Assembly: GCA_040218735.1 (NCBI GenBank)
Contig: JAVJQW010000058.1
Coordinates: 32,001-96,000, forward strand
DNA: 64,000 bases
Direction: 5' to 3'
From: Deltaproteobacteria bacterium
Lineage (GTDB): Bacteria > Myxococcota > Kuafuiibacteriia > Kuafuiibacteriales > Kuafuiibacteriaceae
Numbering within the stretch: position 1 is the first letter of the stretch; each line of letters starts with the position of its first letter. The notes under the pieces were generated by a model. That model ran no database searches. It had not been told where the DNA came from and saw only the letters and a list, made by a program, of their open reading frames with translations. Position numbers and translations under genes: made by a program. Shown here one piece after another: positions 9,613 through 21,588 of this stretch.

Positions 9613-10221
9613 TCAGCGCAGCGCGACCTGCCCGCCGTCGATCACATGGAACTCGACGCGCCGATCTTCGTCCGAGTGCTCGGCACCGAGCGGCTGCGAC
9701 TCTCCGTAGCCCTTCGCGACCAGCCGCGCGGAGTCCACGCCGTGGGCGACGAGCACGTCACGCACCGCTTCGGCTCGCGCCTGCGACAGCTCCATCATCG
9801 CCCGCTCCTGACCCATGCGCGCGGTGTGGCCCTGGATCTCCACGCGCCGCACGTGCGGGTTGTCGACGAGGAACTCCGCGAGCTGCGCGAGGATCGGGAG
9901 CGACGACGCCTCGATCTGCGACCGCCACGCCTCGAAGACGATGCGCTCGTCGATCTTCACCTGCGCCGCCTCGAGCCGCACCGGCGCCGCGACGACGACG
10001 GGCTCGGGGCGCTCGGCCACCACCGGCTCGGCCGCGGCGATCTCCACCGCGCGCACCGGCGTCGTCGTGCTGTAGTTCGTGTGCGCCGAAGCGTTCCCCG
10101 GCCAGGGGTTGCGGTGGTTCTGGTACGCGTACGAACCGTCGGGGTGTTTGCTGAAGTTCGTCGTCGAGCAAGCGGCGACGAATGCGAACGAGGTGAAGGC
10201 GATTGCGTGCGAGAGGTTCAT
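9613..10221 (-). CDS. OmpA-family lipoprotein
   Basis: FVAAC lipobox; IQGHT, LSQARAEAVRDVL, GYGESQP, RRVEF motifs. Confidence 0.85.
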   Translation of the reverse strand: MNLSHAIAFTSFAFVAACSTTNFSKHPDGSYAYQNHRNPWPGNASAHTNYSTTTPVRAVEIAAAEPVVAERPEPVVVAAPVRLEAAQVKIDERIVFEAWRSQIEASSLPILAQLAEFLVDNPHVRRVEIQGHTARMGQERAMMELSQARAEAVRDVLVAHGVDSARLVAKGYGESQPLGAEHSDEDRRVEFHVIDGGQVALR

Positions 10222-10250
10222 CGGTTGGGTCTCCTTTTTGGGGTTGAAAG

Positions 10251-11303
10251 CTAGAGCGTCTGCACCGCCGCGTACCCGAAGGCCGCAGCAGCGCACGCCA
10301 GTGAGAGGAGCACCGGCGGCACGACGACGGCCGGCCCGGTGCGGTTCTTGGTCTTCGGTGTCGGTGCGGCGTCGTCCTTGCGCCGCAACTTCGACGGACG
10401 CCGCCGAAGCGACGCTTGCGTGGGGACGCGGAGGAGCTCGAGCGTGCGTTCGAGCTCCTCCGCGAACGTGGCCGCGTCCTTCTGCCGCCCGGCGGGCGAC
10501 GGCTCGAGGGCGCGGTGCACGATTGTGTGGAGCCGATCCGCGACGGCGCTCGGCAAGTCGAAGTGCCCCGCCAGATAGAACGCGTTCACGAACGGATCCG
10601 GCATGTGCATCAGGTTCGCGATCAGCGCCTCTTCGGCGGTGCGCGCGTGCGGCCAGGGTGGCTGGCCGGCCAACAGCTCGAACGCGAGGACGGCCAGCGC
10701 GAACAGGTCGGCGCGCCCGTCGATCCTCGCGCCCGCGATCTGCTCCGGCGCCATGTAGCGCGGCGTTCCGCTCACCGCCCCTCGCGGGGTCAGCTCGACG
10801 CCGGGGCGCTTGGCCACGCCGAAGTCGATCAGCTTCACTTCGCCGTCGTCGGTGAGGAAGACGTTGGCCGGCTTCACGTCGCGGTGAACGACGCCGCGCT
10901 GATGTGTCGCGTGCAGCGCGCGCGCGATGTCGACGAGGATCTCGAGACGACGCTCCAGCGACAGCGCCTCGTCTTTTGCCGCCTCCAGGAGCGAGCGCCC
11001 CTCCAACAACGGCATCGCGAACCACAGGTCGCCGCTCGCTTCACCGTGGTCGATCAGCGCGGGTACGCCGGGGTGCCCAAGGTCGAGGAGGACACGAATC
11101 TCCTCTTCGAAGCGCGCGCGGACCGTCGGCGTCGACCGACTCCGCGGGAGCACCTTCAGCGCGACCCCCTGTCCGTTCGACTTCCGCACGGCGCGGTGGA
11201 CCCGCGCGTGAACACCGTCGTGGATGACCAGCCCGATCGAATAGCCGGGGATCCGCTGTGCGGGGTCCGGGAACGTCGGGAGGTCGGCGGGAGCGTCGCT
11301 CAT
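10251..11303 (-). CDS. Ser/Thr protein kinase
   Basis: VALK, HRDVKPAN, DFG, GTPRYMAPEQ; C-terminal TM. Confidence 0.88.
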   Translation of the reverse strand: MSDAPADLPTFPDPAQRIPGYSIGLVIHDGVHARVHRAVRKSNGQGVALKVLPRSRSTPTVRARFEEEIRVLLDLGHPGVPALIDHGEASGDLWFAMPLLEGRSLLEAAKDEALSLERRLEILVDIARALHATHQRGVVHRDVKPANVFLTDDGEVKLIDFGVAKRPGVELTPRGAVSGTPRYMAPEQIAGARIDGRADLFALAVLAFELLAGQPPWPHARTAEEALIANLMHMPDPFVNAFYLAGHFDLPSAVADRLHTIVHRALEPSPAGRQKDAATFAEELERTLELLRVPTQASLRRRPSKLRRKDDAAPTPKTKNRTGPAVVVPPVLLSLACAAAAFGYAAVQTL

Positions 11304-11516
11304 CGCGGCCCGACGAATCCAATGCGCGTGCCAACGCCCAACGCGCATCGATCGACGCCCGCTGGCACACTGTGGAACACCCGGGCGTCCCGCGCTTTCA
11401 GCCGTGGCACACCCTGGGACACGGACGAGGCATGTCCCCGCTTCGAATCTCGGAGGCGTCCACGGCGTCTGATTGACCGCATGGCCCCCGCTCGCGTACT
11501 CCGCGCCCTGCAATCG

Positions 11517-11900
11517 ATGGTGATTCGGCGCGTGCTGCTCGTCGACGACGACGAAGACATCCGGACCATCGGCGCCATGGCCCTTCGGGAAGTGGCGAGA
11601 TTCGAGGTCCTCGCGGTCGACTCCGGTCAGGCCGCCTGCGAAGCGCTCGAGGGCTTTCGACCCGACGTCGTGCTCCTCGACGTCATGATGCCCGTGCTCG
11701 ACGGCCCCCAGACCCTCGCCGCGATTCGGGCGCTCCCCACCGGCCGCGATGTCCCGGCCGTCTTCGTCACCGCGAAGGTTCGCGGCGGTGAAGTCCAAGA
11801 CCTGCTCGCCGCCGGCGCCGTCGGTGTGATCACGAAGCCCTTCGATCCGATGACGCTCGGGCAACAGGTGCAGGACCTGGTGGACAGGAGCGCGACGTGA
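11517..11900 (+). CDS. single-domain response regulator
   Basis: VLLVDDDED, LLDVMMP, TA, KPF receiver motifs. Confidence 0.88.
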   Translation: MVIRRVLLVDDDEDIRTIGAMALREVARFEVLAVDSGQAACEALEGFRPDVVLLDVMMPVLDGPQTLAAIRALPTGRDVPAVFVTAKVRGGEVQDLLAAGAVGVITKPFDPMTLGQQVQDLVDRSAT

Positions 11901-13099
11901 CCAACGCGCCGCGCGCGCACGAGCAAGAGCGCCTCGACGCGCTCCGCGCGCTCGAGATCCTCGACACCCCGCCCGAGGAGGCCTTCGACACCCTCGTCGA
12001 TCTCGCGCAGCGCATCACCGCGTGCCCGATCGCCCTCGTGTCACTCGTCGACGATGGGCGCCAGTGGTTCAAGGCGCGCGTGGGTCTCGACGTCGAAGCG
12101 ACGCCGCGCGAGGTGTCGTTCTGTCGCTACGTCGTCGAGTCGGACGAGGAGCTCGTCGTCCCGGACGCAAACGACGATCCGAGGTTCACCGCACGGCACC
12201 CCCTCGTCGCCGGCCCGCCGAACGTTCGCTTCTACGCGGGCTTCCCGCTCCGCACCGAGGCCCGCTACGTGGTCGGGACGCTCTGCGTGATCGATCGTGT
12301 CCCGCGCACGTTGACCGAGAGCGAGCTCGGCTCGATGCGGTCGCTCGCGAGGCAAGCATCACTCGTCCTCGAACACCGCCGCGCGCTCTTCGAGATCGAC
12401 AACCGCGCGCGCGTCGAGGCGCGGATCGTCGCGATGCTCACCCACGAGCTGCGCACGCCCCTCACTTCGATTCAGGCCTCGCTCCGCATGCTCAGCAGCG
12501 GCGTGGGCGGTGAGGTCGACGACCGCGCGAAGGACATGCTCCGCCTCGCCGACCGCAACGCCCAACGGCTCGGTCGACTCGTCGACGACTTCCTGGAGCT
12601 GTCGAAGATCGCCGCGGACAAACTCGTCCTCGACCGGACGAACGTGGATCTCACCGCGTTGTTGGACGAGGCGATCACCGCGGACGCTCCCTACGCCGAG
12701 CGTCACAACGTCGAGCTCGGGCGCGAGGGCACAAACGTGCCGTGCACGGTGCTGGTCGACGCCCACCGCATCCGGCAGGTCCTCGACAACCTCGTCTCGA
12801 ACGCGTGTAAGTTCGCGACGAAGTCCGTGACCGTCGGTCTCCTCGATGACGGGGAGACCGGGTTCTTCGTCCGCGACGACGGCCCCGGCATCGCGCCGGA
12901 GTTTCGCGACGAGCTGTTCGGTCGCTTCACACAGCACGGGGGTAGCAAGGGCGGGAGCGGCCTCGGGCTCCACGTCGCGATGCGCATCGTCAACCTGCAC
13001 GGCGGCGCGATCGACTTCGTATGCCCGGAGTCCGGGGGCACGATCTTTCGGGTGTCGCTCCCGCGCGGCGCGGCGTCAACCGACGCGGACGAGCGGTAA
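11897..13099 (+). CDS. GAF-domain sensor histidine kinase
   Basis: EQERLDAL...RFYAGFPL GAF; HELRTPL H-box; N and G boxes. Confidence 0.9.
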   Translation: MTNAPRAHEQERLDALRALEILDTPPEEAFDTLVDLAQRITACPIALVSLVDDGRQWFKARVGLDVEATPREVSFCRYVVESDEELVVPDANDDPRFTARHPLVAGPPNVRFYAGFPLRTEARYVVGTLCVIDRVPRTLTESELGSMRSLARQASLVLEHRRALFEIDNRARVEARIVAMLTHELRTPLTSIQASLRMLSSGVGGEVDDRAKDMLRLADRNAQRLGRLVDDFLELSKIAADKLVLDRTNVDLTALLDEAITADAPYAERHNVELGREGTNVPCTVLVDAHRIRQVLDNLVSNACKFATKSVTVGLLDDGETGFFVRDDGPGIAPEFRDELFGRFTQHGGSKGGSGLGLHVAMRIVNLHGGAIDFVCPESGGTIFRVSLPRGAASTDADER

Positions 13100-14614
13100 C
13101 TCGAAGAAGAAGGTCGACCCTTCGGCGCCCGCCTTGCGGTCCAGGCCGATGTCGCCCCCGTGCGCTTCGATCACCTGCTTGGCGATCGCGAGGCCGATGC
13201 CGAGCCCTTCGCCCGTTCGACGATCCGACGAGTCGACCTGCTCGAACGGCTCGAAGATCCGCACCGAGTCCTCGATGCTCACCCCCGGCCCTTCGTCCGC
13301 GACCTCCACGCGCGCTCGCGTCGCCGATGAACGCACGGTGACCACGACCGCCGCGCCCACCGGGCCGTGTTTGATCGCGTTGACCACGAGCTGCGAGATG
13401 ACCTGCTCGATGCGCGGGCGATCCGCGTTGACGATGACCGAGTCACCGGCGTCGACGTGCAGCTCCACCGAGCGTGCGGCGGCGGTCGACTTCGACGCTT
13501 CGACGGCGTTCTCGACCATGGCGGTGAGATCCTCGTTGGTGCGTTCGTGCTCCGGGTGCGGCGTCGCGTCCGGCTTCAGGTCCAGGACCCCCTCGATCAT
13601 GGTGTCGAGGCGCTTCACGTTGCGCTCCGCCATCGCGATCAACTCTTCGCTGCGCTCGGACGACAGGGACCCTTGGAGCCCCCGCAGCAACGAAACCGCA
13701 CCACGAACCGAGGCGAGCGGCGTTCGAAGCTCGTGGGAGATCACCGCGACGAACTCTTGTTTCTTGCGCTCGACCTCGCGGCGCGCGGTCACGTCGCGGA
13801 CGGCGTAGAGCCGCTCGATCTCGTCGACGTCCGAGAGCGTGAATCGTTCCAGCTCGTACCAGCGCCCGCTCGGGAAGCTCACCTCGCGTACGGGCTCGTC
13901 CGTCCCGCCTTCGAAGAACGGGGCGAGCACCCGCCGAATGTCCTGCCCGTCGAGCGGCCCCTCCGAAGTCGCGAGTTGGGCCATCGAGTCGTTCGCAAAC
14001 ACGATGCGGTCGCGCCGGTCCACGAACGCGAGCGCGAGCCCCACGTTCTCCACCAACAGCTCCAGCCGCTCCCGTGCGAAGCGCTCCCGCACCACCGTGC
14101 GTTCGCTGGACGCGCGCCACGCGAGGCTCAACGCGAGGACGACGCCGACCATCACGATGCGCCCGAGCATCAGCTCGGTCCCCGTGGCGACGAACTCCGG
14201 CGTCATCGGCGCGAGCCGCTGCGAGACGTGGACGCCCGCGATGGCGAGCGCCACGACGACCGCCCACGCCGTCGCCGAGAAGTTGGAGTCGAAGTAGCCG
14301 GCCACGACCGGCACGACCGCGAGGAACCACAGGGACATCGCATCGCCCTGGCCCGAAAGTAGGGACGCTGCGACCAGCGCCACCGTCGAGACGCCGACCA
14401 CCAGGTGCGTCGCGAGGCGCGTGCGTACGTCGGGCGCGCCGCGCGACCACAACAACGGGAGCCCACTCAGCACCGCCGCGGCCACGTCGATGCCGACGGT
14501 TCGCCATCGCTCCTGAACCGCGTACTGCGCCGCGAACACGAGCCACGCGACGATGGCGATCAAGGTGAGCCACTTGAACCGTTGCGCGAGGTCGGACTCG
14601 GCCGGGGCGTTCAC
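13076..14614 (-). CDS. membrane PAS sensor histidine kinase
   Basis: GTG start; about five TM helices, PAS-like region, SHELRTPL, NAIKH, DEGPG, GLGIGL. Confidence 0.85.
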   Translation of the reverse strand: MNAPAESDLAQRFKWLTLIAIVAWLVFAAQYAVQERWRTVGIDVAAAVLSGLPLLWSRGAPDVRTRLATHLVVGVSTVALVAASLLSGQGDAMSLWFLAVVPVVAGYFDSNFSATAWAVVVALAIAGVHVSQRLAPMTPEFVATGTELMLGRIVMVGVVLALSLAWRASSERTVVRERFARERLELLVENVGLALAFVDRRDRIVFANDSMAQLATSEGPLDGQDIRRVLAPFFEGGTDEPVREVSFPSGRWYELERFTLSDVDEIERLYAVRDVTARREVERKKQEFVAVISHELRTPLASVRGAVSLLRGLQGSLSSERSEELIAMAERNVKRLDTMIEGVLDLKPDATPHPEHERTNEDLTAMVENAVEASKSTAAARSVELHVDAGDSVIVNADRPRIEQVISQLVVNAIKHGPVGAAVVVTVRSSATRARVEVADEGPGVSIEDSVRIFEPFEQVDSSDRRTGEGLGIGLAIAKQVIEAHGGDIGLDRKAGAEGSTFFFELPLVRVG

Positions 14615-14931
14615 GGGGCGGCCTCGCGGTGCGCTTCGTCGATCGCCTCGAGGAGCTTCTCGAGCGCGTCGGCGCTCGGGGTCGGCGCGTCCGAGTGGAG
14701 TGTCTCCTCCAGCGCGCGGAACCGTACGGAGAGCTCCGTCAGCCCGATCGTCCCCGAGGAGCCCACCAGGCGGTGCGCGATGCGGTGCGCCTCGACGCGG
14801 GCCTGGGGGGTGTCGGGGGCCTGTGCGATCAACGGTCGGAGTGATTCGAGCGTCTCGCTCAGCCGGTCCGCGAAGCGGCGCCGCAGCTCGGCCATGCGTT
14901 GTTCGAAGACCTCGCGATCCTGCGCCGGCAC
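14611..14931 (-). CDS. Hpt-domain protein
   Basis: AHRLVGSSGTIG phosphotransfer motif. Confidence 0.8.
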   Translation of the reverse strand: MPAQDREVFEQRMAELRRRFADRLSETLESLRPLIAQAPDTPQARVEAHRIAHRLVGSSGTIGLTELSVRFRALEETLHSDAPTPSADALEKLLEAIDEAHREAAP

Positions 14932-14980
14932 GCCTCTGCATTAGCAGTCACCTCGGGGTCGGGCAATTCGGTGTCGTCGG

Positions 14981-16003
14981 CTACAGCACGTCGAAGCCGG
15001 CGGTGAGGAGGAGCGTGTTCTGCACCTGCCACTGCTGAACGACCAACGGCTGACGGCGCGCGGTGACGACGTAGTCCAGCGATGCCCACTTCGCGAGTTT
15101 CACCGACAGGCCGGCCTCCAGCTCCGTGCTGAGCGCCTCGACGCCCGTGATGTCCGCGGTCGTGAAGAACGGCTGGAACAGCGTCGCCGAGGCCTTCCAG
15201 CTCAGCACGTCCGCGACGATGAGGCCGTTTGCGTCCAGCCCCAGCTCGGCGCCGAGCGAGAACGAGCTCTCCAGCATCTTCGTCTGCAACCGCAGCTCCT
15301 GGGTCGTGGCGTCCGTCGTCTCTTCGACGATCACCAGTCCGTCGCGCGCGATGATCTCCTGGGCACCGGCGCCGAGCCGCACCTTGATGGTGAGGTCCTT
15401 CGTGTCGCTCGGGTTGGCGAAGACACCGAGCGTCTGACGGAGCGCGACCGGCTCGAAGATCCCGGTGAGCCGCACGCGTTCCTGCGCCGCGAACTCGGTG
15501 CCGGCGATGACGTTGCCGTCCGCGTCGGTCTGCGCGCCGCCGACGACGCGCACGGCGTCACCCGGGAGGATCTGCGTCGACAACGTCGCGCGTCCGAACA
15601 GTCCGACCCAGCTCGGATCGAGGAAGCGGTAGCTGTACGTCGACTTCGCGTCGAGGAGATCGACCGACTTCACGAAGCTGTCGATCTGCGGCGTCTTCGT
15701 CTGCGCTTCCTGGATGTTCAGCTCGTTCTCGACGAGGTGCTGTCCGCTCCGATAGTCGAGCTTGCCGTTGAGCACGAGGCCGACCTGGAACGTCGCGCCC
15801 TCCTGCGCGCCGACGACCTGGTGCGAGTGGTTGAACGACGCGGACGCGCCGACCTTCAGCTTCGCGGACCAGCCGTCCTCTTCCTTGCGCTCCTCGAGCG
15901 CCTTCTTTTCCATCTCTTCGGTCGCGATCGGCTCCTGGGCGAAGCCGGCGACGGGGTACGTGACGAGGGTGGCGACGAGCGCCACGAGCTTCGAGTGCTT
16001 CAT
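14981..16003 (-). CDS. outer-membrane beta-barrel protein (DUF3078-like)
   Basis: Signal peptide MKHSKLVALVATL...AFA; amphipathic beta strands; downstream of mscS. Confidence 0.7.
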   Translation of the reverse strand: MKHSKLVALVATLVTYPVAGFAQEPIATEEMEKKALEERKEEDGWSAKLKVGASASFNHSHQVVGAQEGATFQVGLVLNGKLDYRSGQHLVENELNIQEAQTKTPQIDSFVKSVDLLDAKSTYSYRFLDPSWVGLFGRATLSTQILPGDAVRVVGGAQTDADGNVIAGTEFAAQERVRLTGIFEPVALRQTLGVFANPSDTKDLTIKVRLGAGAQEIIARDGLVIVEETTDATTQELRLQTKMLESSFSLGAELGLDANGLIVADVLSWKASATLFQPFFTTADITGVEALSTELEAGLSVKLAKWASLDYVVTARRQPLVVQQWQVQNTLLLTAGFDVL

Positions 16004-16029
16004 GAGTGGGTTCTCCGTACGAGGTGAAT

Positions 16030-16854
16030 TCAGCCGGCCTTCGGGAGCGTGACCGGCGCGTCGAAGTGGACGTCGAGCTGCGGGAACGGGATGCCGATGT
16101 TCGCCTGGTCCAGGCGCATCTTGATCTCGCGCGTCAGCTTCTCCTTGATGGCGAAATAGTCCGGCGTCGGGCACCAGACGCGCACGACCCAGTCGACGGA
16201 CGATGCGCCGAGGCTCGCGAGCACGACCTGCGACTCGGGGAGGTTGGCGTCCTGGAAGATGCTCGCGGCGGCGGTGAGCACCTCGCGGGTCACGTCGATC
16301 TCGGCGCTGTAGTCGACGCCGACGGAGACGTCCACCCGGCGGGTCGAGAAGTGGGTGACGTTCTCGATCGTCGACCCGAAGATCGCGCCGTTCGGCACGA
16401 CGATCAGGCGGTTGTCCGGCGTGATCATCTTGGTGACGAAGATCTCGATCTCGTCGACCTTGCCCGTCTGACCGGCCACGCTGACGACGTCGCCGACCTT
16501 GAACGGACGGAAGATCAACAGCATCGCGCCGGCCGCGAAGTTGGCGAGGCTGCCCTGGAGCGCGAGGCCGACGGCGAGGCCGGCGGCGCCGAGGACCGCG
16601 GCGAAGCTCGTGGTCTCCACACCGAACGCACCGAGGCAGGCGAGCACCGCGCCCACCAGGACCAGGTAGCGGGCCATGTTGCCGCCGAACTTGCCGAGGG
16701 TGGCGTCGATGTTCGCACGCTCGGTGGAGCGGAGGACGAGTCGTTTCACCCACCCGGCGACGAGCCACGCGACGAAGAGGAGGACGACCACGCCGACGAT
16801 GCGGACGGCGTAGGTGGTGATGAGGTTGATGGTGCTGGGGCTGAGCTCTGGCAT
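16030..16854 (-). CDS. mscS: small-conductance mechanosensitive channel
   Basis: GAAGLAVGLALQGSLANFAAG, RPFKVGD, IPFPQ. Confidence 0.92.
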   Translation of the reverse strand: MPELSPSTINLITTYAVRIVGVVVLLFVAWLVAGWVKRLVLRSTERANIDATLGKFGGNMARYLVLVGAVLACLGAFGVETTSFAAVLGAAGLAVGLALQGSLANFAAGAMLLIFRPFKVGDVVSVAGQTGKVDEIEIFVTKMITPDNRLIVVPNGAIFGSTIENVTHFSTRRVDVSVGVDYSAEIDVTREVLTAAASIFQDANLPESQVVLASLGASSVDWVVRVWCPTPDYFAIKEKLTREIKMRLDQANIGIPFPQLDVHFDAPVTLPKAG

Positions 16855-16885
16855 GATTGGGGTCTCCTTGGTTGCGCGGCCGCTG

Positions 16886-16901
16886 TGCAGTGGCCGTGCC
16901 A
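16886..16901 (-). promoter_or_regulatory. sigma54 (-24/-12) promoter for the mscS operon
   Basis: TGGCACG-GCCA-CTGCA about 30 bp upstream of mscS; divergent from an NtrC-like activator. Confidence 0.65.
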
Positions 16902-17011
16902 GGTGACGCCGATGCGCTGAAGCGTCGCCGAACTGTGCCAACGTGTTTCGCGTGGTACGTTCCGGGCCACTCCGTGAGAGACACGCTGCGACAGCCCGGA
17001 ACCGTCAGGTC

Positions 17012-18382
<1,371 letters not shown>

Positions 18383-18383
18383 G

Positions 18384-19565
18384 TCAGCTCGACAGTTTGG
18401 GCACGACGAACGCGGCCCAGCTGAGCAACGCCGCGAGGAACAGCGCCGCGGCGACGCCCATCCAGAGGAAGTAGCGCGCCGGGTCGTACGCCATCAGGAG
18501 GCGGGGCACGATCGAGAGCACGACGAACCCCGCGATGGCGAAGGCGGCGTTCGGGCGTCCGGTGACGAGCGTCGAGAAGCCGCCGTGGCCCAGCGCGACC
18601 TGAGTGCTCACCGCGAGGGTCAGCAACGCGAGGCCGCCGATGAAGCTCAGGTGGAGGAACGCCTTGGCTTCTTCGTGGAAGACGGCGCCGAACGCGAAGC
18701 CCATCGGCAGGAGCCACGCGGCGACCCAGATGATGTGACGGACGAGCCCCGGGCGCGTGGGCGGGACGTGCACGCGCGCCGAAAGGACCAACGTCGCCAT
18801 GATGACCGCGGCGCGGAGCGCAAAGCCCGAGCGTAGCGACACCCATTGCTCGACCGCGAAGCTCCCGAGCAGGAGCAACACGCCGACGACGTGCAGCGCG
18901 CGCTCGCGCCGGTGCGCGGGGGAGCCGTCGGCGTCGGGCGGCGCTTCGCCGCGGGTCATGAGGGGTATGGCGAGGCCACCGACGCCGAGCACGAGCGCGA
19001 TGAACATCCCCTGGAGCACGAGGCTGCGGCCGAGCTCGTGCATCCACCAGTAGTCCCCGGCGAGCGCGGCGCCGAAGCCGGTGAGCACCGACCCGCCGAC
19101 ACCGAACACAAACGCGACGGGGATCCACACGAAGCTGTTCGGCGGGCGGCGGTTCGACGCGCGGCCACGGAGCCGGCGCAGCACGAAGCCGAGCACCGTG
19201 AACGCGAGGACGAGCCAGCAGAGCTGGGACCACATCCAAAGGCCGAACCAGGCGAACGCGGCGACCCCGATCGGCGCGAGCGCGCCGATCGTGATCGCAA
19301 CGACCGAGGGGGGAGGCGAGGCCGTGCGACGGGGGATCATCGTGAAGAGGAACCCGACGGCGAACGCCATGAGGAAGCCCTGGACCTGTGTCATCGCGTG
19401 GAAGATCGGACGGAAGTCATCCAGCACACCGACCGCGTGGAGCAGCCAGTGCCCGACCCCGGCGAACGCGAGCGCCGCGCCGATCGGGAACATCAGGCGG
19501 TAGGGCTCGCGCACGAGCAGCGGGATCGAATCGGTCGGAGCGCGCTCCAAGTCGGACGTCTGCAT
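18384..19565 (-). CDS. nnrS: NnrS-family membrane protein
   Basis: EPYRLMFP, FHAMTQVQGFLMAFAVGFLFT; about 12 TM helices. Confidence 0.75.
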   Translation of the reverse strand: MQTSDLERAPTDSIPLLVREPYRLMFPIGAALAFAGVGHWLLHAVGVLDDFRPIFHAMTQVQGFLMAFAVGFLFTMIPRRTASPPPSVVAITIGALAPIGVAAFAWFGLWMWSQLCWLVLAFTVLGFVLRRLRGRASNRRPPNSFVWIPVAFVFGVGGSVLTGFGAALAGDYWWMHELGRSLVLQGMFIALVLGVGGLAIPLMTRGEAPPDADGSPAHRRERALHVVGVLLLLGSFAVEQWVSLRSGFALRAAVIMATLVLSARVHVPPTRPGLVRHIIWVAAWLLPMGFAFGAVFHEEAKAFLHLSFIGGLALLTLAVSTQVALGHGGFSTLVTGRPNAAFAIAGFVVLSIVPRLLMAYDPARYFLWMGVAAALFLAALLSWAAFVVPKLSS

Positions 19566-19739
19566 TCAACACGTCGTGAAGGCAATCGCGAGGCCAGCGG
19601 CGAGCCCGGACGAAGTGCGGCGTCGTGTCACCGATTCGTGACGCGCACCGACGTACACCTTCGAAGCCTCCACGTCGGGCGCGCGCGTCGGGCAGCTCCG
19701 CGACGACACCGGCGCGTGACGACGTAACGTAGCGATGGG

Positions 19740-21539
19740 TCAGCGGACCATCGTCTTCAGGGTACGCAACCTGTCTTGCAGCTGCGCCGGGCTCATGTCG
19801 GCGTACTTCTTCGGGAGCATCGCGCGGCTCGACGACTCGAAGACGGCGAGCATCTCCATGTACTCGAGCATCGTCTCGTCGCGCGAGGGGAGGTAGTCGT
19901 CGATGGCCTTTGCGAGGTGGTGCGCGGTGACTTTTTCGCCGGCCTTCTCACCGAGGTGATACGCGGCGAGGACGATCGCCTCGAGGTCGGCGTTCGAGTA
20001 GCCGACCATGCGCTCGGAGACGCTGCGGTCGCGCGGGAACTCGATGTCGTGCGTGACGTGGTGGCGGCGGAGCTGCGCCATGAGGATCGGCTCGAGGTCC
20101 TCGGCTTCCTGCGCGTAGAAGAACGGGATCTTCTTGTCGAGGCGGCCGGCGCGTTTGATGTCGATGTCGAGTTTGTCGGGGCGGTTCGTCATGAGCACGA
20201 ACAGGACGCGGCCGCGGTTGGTCGTGTCGCTCATGAACTCCTTGATGCGCGCGATGACGCGGCTGGAGGTGCCGCCGTCGCCCTCGCCGCTCGAACCGAA
20301 CGCACGATCACCTTCGTCGATGATCACGAGGACGTTTCCGATCGCCTGCACGACGCCGAGGATCTTTTCGAGGTTCCCCTCCGTCGCGCCGACCCACTTG
20401 CTGCGGAAGTTCTTGAGCTTGATCGCCGTGAGGCCCGAGCTTCGTGCGAACGCTTCCGCGACGAACGTCTTGCCGGTGCCCATCGGGCCGGTGAAGAGCA
20501 GGCCCATCGGTGCGCGCTTGGTGTTGCCCTGGCGAATGTTGTGGGCGATCGCCATGAGCTCCTTCTTGATCTCGTCCATGCCGCCGACGGCGGAGAAGTC
20601 ATGGTCGGGCTGCACGAACTCGACGAGGCCGAAGCACTCCTTCTCGAGGATCTCGCGCTTGCGGCGCTCCAACAGGGCGAGGACCTCTTCGTAGCGGTTG
20701 TCGTCCGTCTCGTAGCGCGAGACGTCGTAGCCCTCCTTCTCGAGGTGCTGGCGGATCTGCTCGTGCGTCCAGCCGGACGACATGCGGGCGAGCTTCTTCG
20801 CGATCTTGCTGTCGTCGACGATGCCGCGGATGAAGTCGTAGCGGTCGGCGTAGTCCTCGTCGGAGTCTTCGCCGGGGACGAGGATGCCGCGGATCTGCAC
20901 GTTCTTCAGGCCGGCGGAGTGGCTCGCGATGCGCTCGACCTCGCGCGGCGTCGCCTCCGGCTCGAGGAGGCGGACGATCGCCTGCCGGTCGTCGGCGGTC
21001 GGGAGCGGGATCTGCACGGTGGAGATGCGCGGGTTGGAGACGATCTTCGGGGAGAGGTCGGAGAGCTGCTCGGTGACGAGGATGACGACGTTGTCGGCGT
21101 TCTCGAAGACGCGGTCGAGGCTCCAGCGGTGGAGCGTGACGACGGCGCGGCGGTCGGCTTCGGTGAGGAAGCTCGGGTCGCCGGCGGGGGCGATCGATTC
21201 GGCGTAGTCGAGGATGAGCGCGACGCCGTCGGTGGTGCGGAGCATCTTCTCGAGGCTGCCGAGGACCTTCTCGTTGTCGCGGACGCCGATGAGGTCTTCG
21301 AGGTTGTTGACGGTCTGTTCCTTCTTGCGGAACTGCACGCCGAGCGACGTGTTGTAGTGGCAGATGACGTCCTTCTTCGCGAGCAGGACGTTCACGAGGA
21401 ACTCGGGGAGTGCGACGAGCTCACCTTCGTGGAGGATGTGGTCGAAGACGTTGCCGTGCAGGATGAAGACGGCGGCTTCACCGCGCAGGTAGGTGGAGCG
21501 GATCTCTTCGGCCCAGCTGGGCAGTGCTCGCGAGGTCAT
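19740..21539 (-). CDS. AAA+ ATPase
   Basis: GPMGTGKT Walker A, IIDEGD Walker B, TNRPD...RAGRLD SRH; degenerate N-terminal AAA-like region. Confidence 0.88.
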   Translation of the reverse strand: MTSRALPSWAEEIRSTYLRGEAAVFILHGNVFDHILHEGELVALPEFLVNVLLAKKDVICHYNTSLGVQFRKKEQTVNNLEDLIGVRDNEKVLGSLEKMLRTTDGVALILDYAESIAPAGDPSFLTEADRRAVVTLHRWSLDRVFENADNVVILVTEQLSDLSPKIVSNPRISTVQIPLPTADDRQAIVRLLEPEATPREVERIASHSAGLKNVQIRGILVPGEDSDEDYADRYDFIRGIVDDSKIAKKLARMSSGWTHEQIRQHLEKEGYDVSRYETDDNRYEEVLALLERRKREILEKECFGLVEFVQPDHDFSAVGGMDEIKKELMAIAHNIRQGNTKRAPMGLLFTGPMGTGKTFVAEAFARSSGLTAIKLKNFRSKWVGATEGNLEKILGVVQAIGNVLVIIDEGDRAFGSSGEGDGGTSSRVIARIKEFMSDTTNRGRVLFVLMTNRPDKLDIDIKRAGRLDKKIPFFYAQEAEDLEPILMAQLRRHHVTHDIEFPRDRSVSERMVGYSNADLEAIVLAAYHLGEKAGEKVTAHHLAKAIDDYLPSRDETMLEYMEMLAVFESSSRAMLPKKYADMSPAQLQDRLRTLKTMVR

Positions 21540-21588
21540 GCGTAGCGGCTTAGTCGAATCGGGAGCGCTACGCCAGTGTCCCGGGGGC

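Noticed and set aside
19740-21539. AAA ATPase as part of a defence or contractile system
   Set aside because: Stand-alone between nnrS and a LysR gene with no partner genes.
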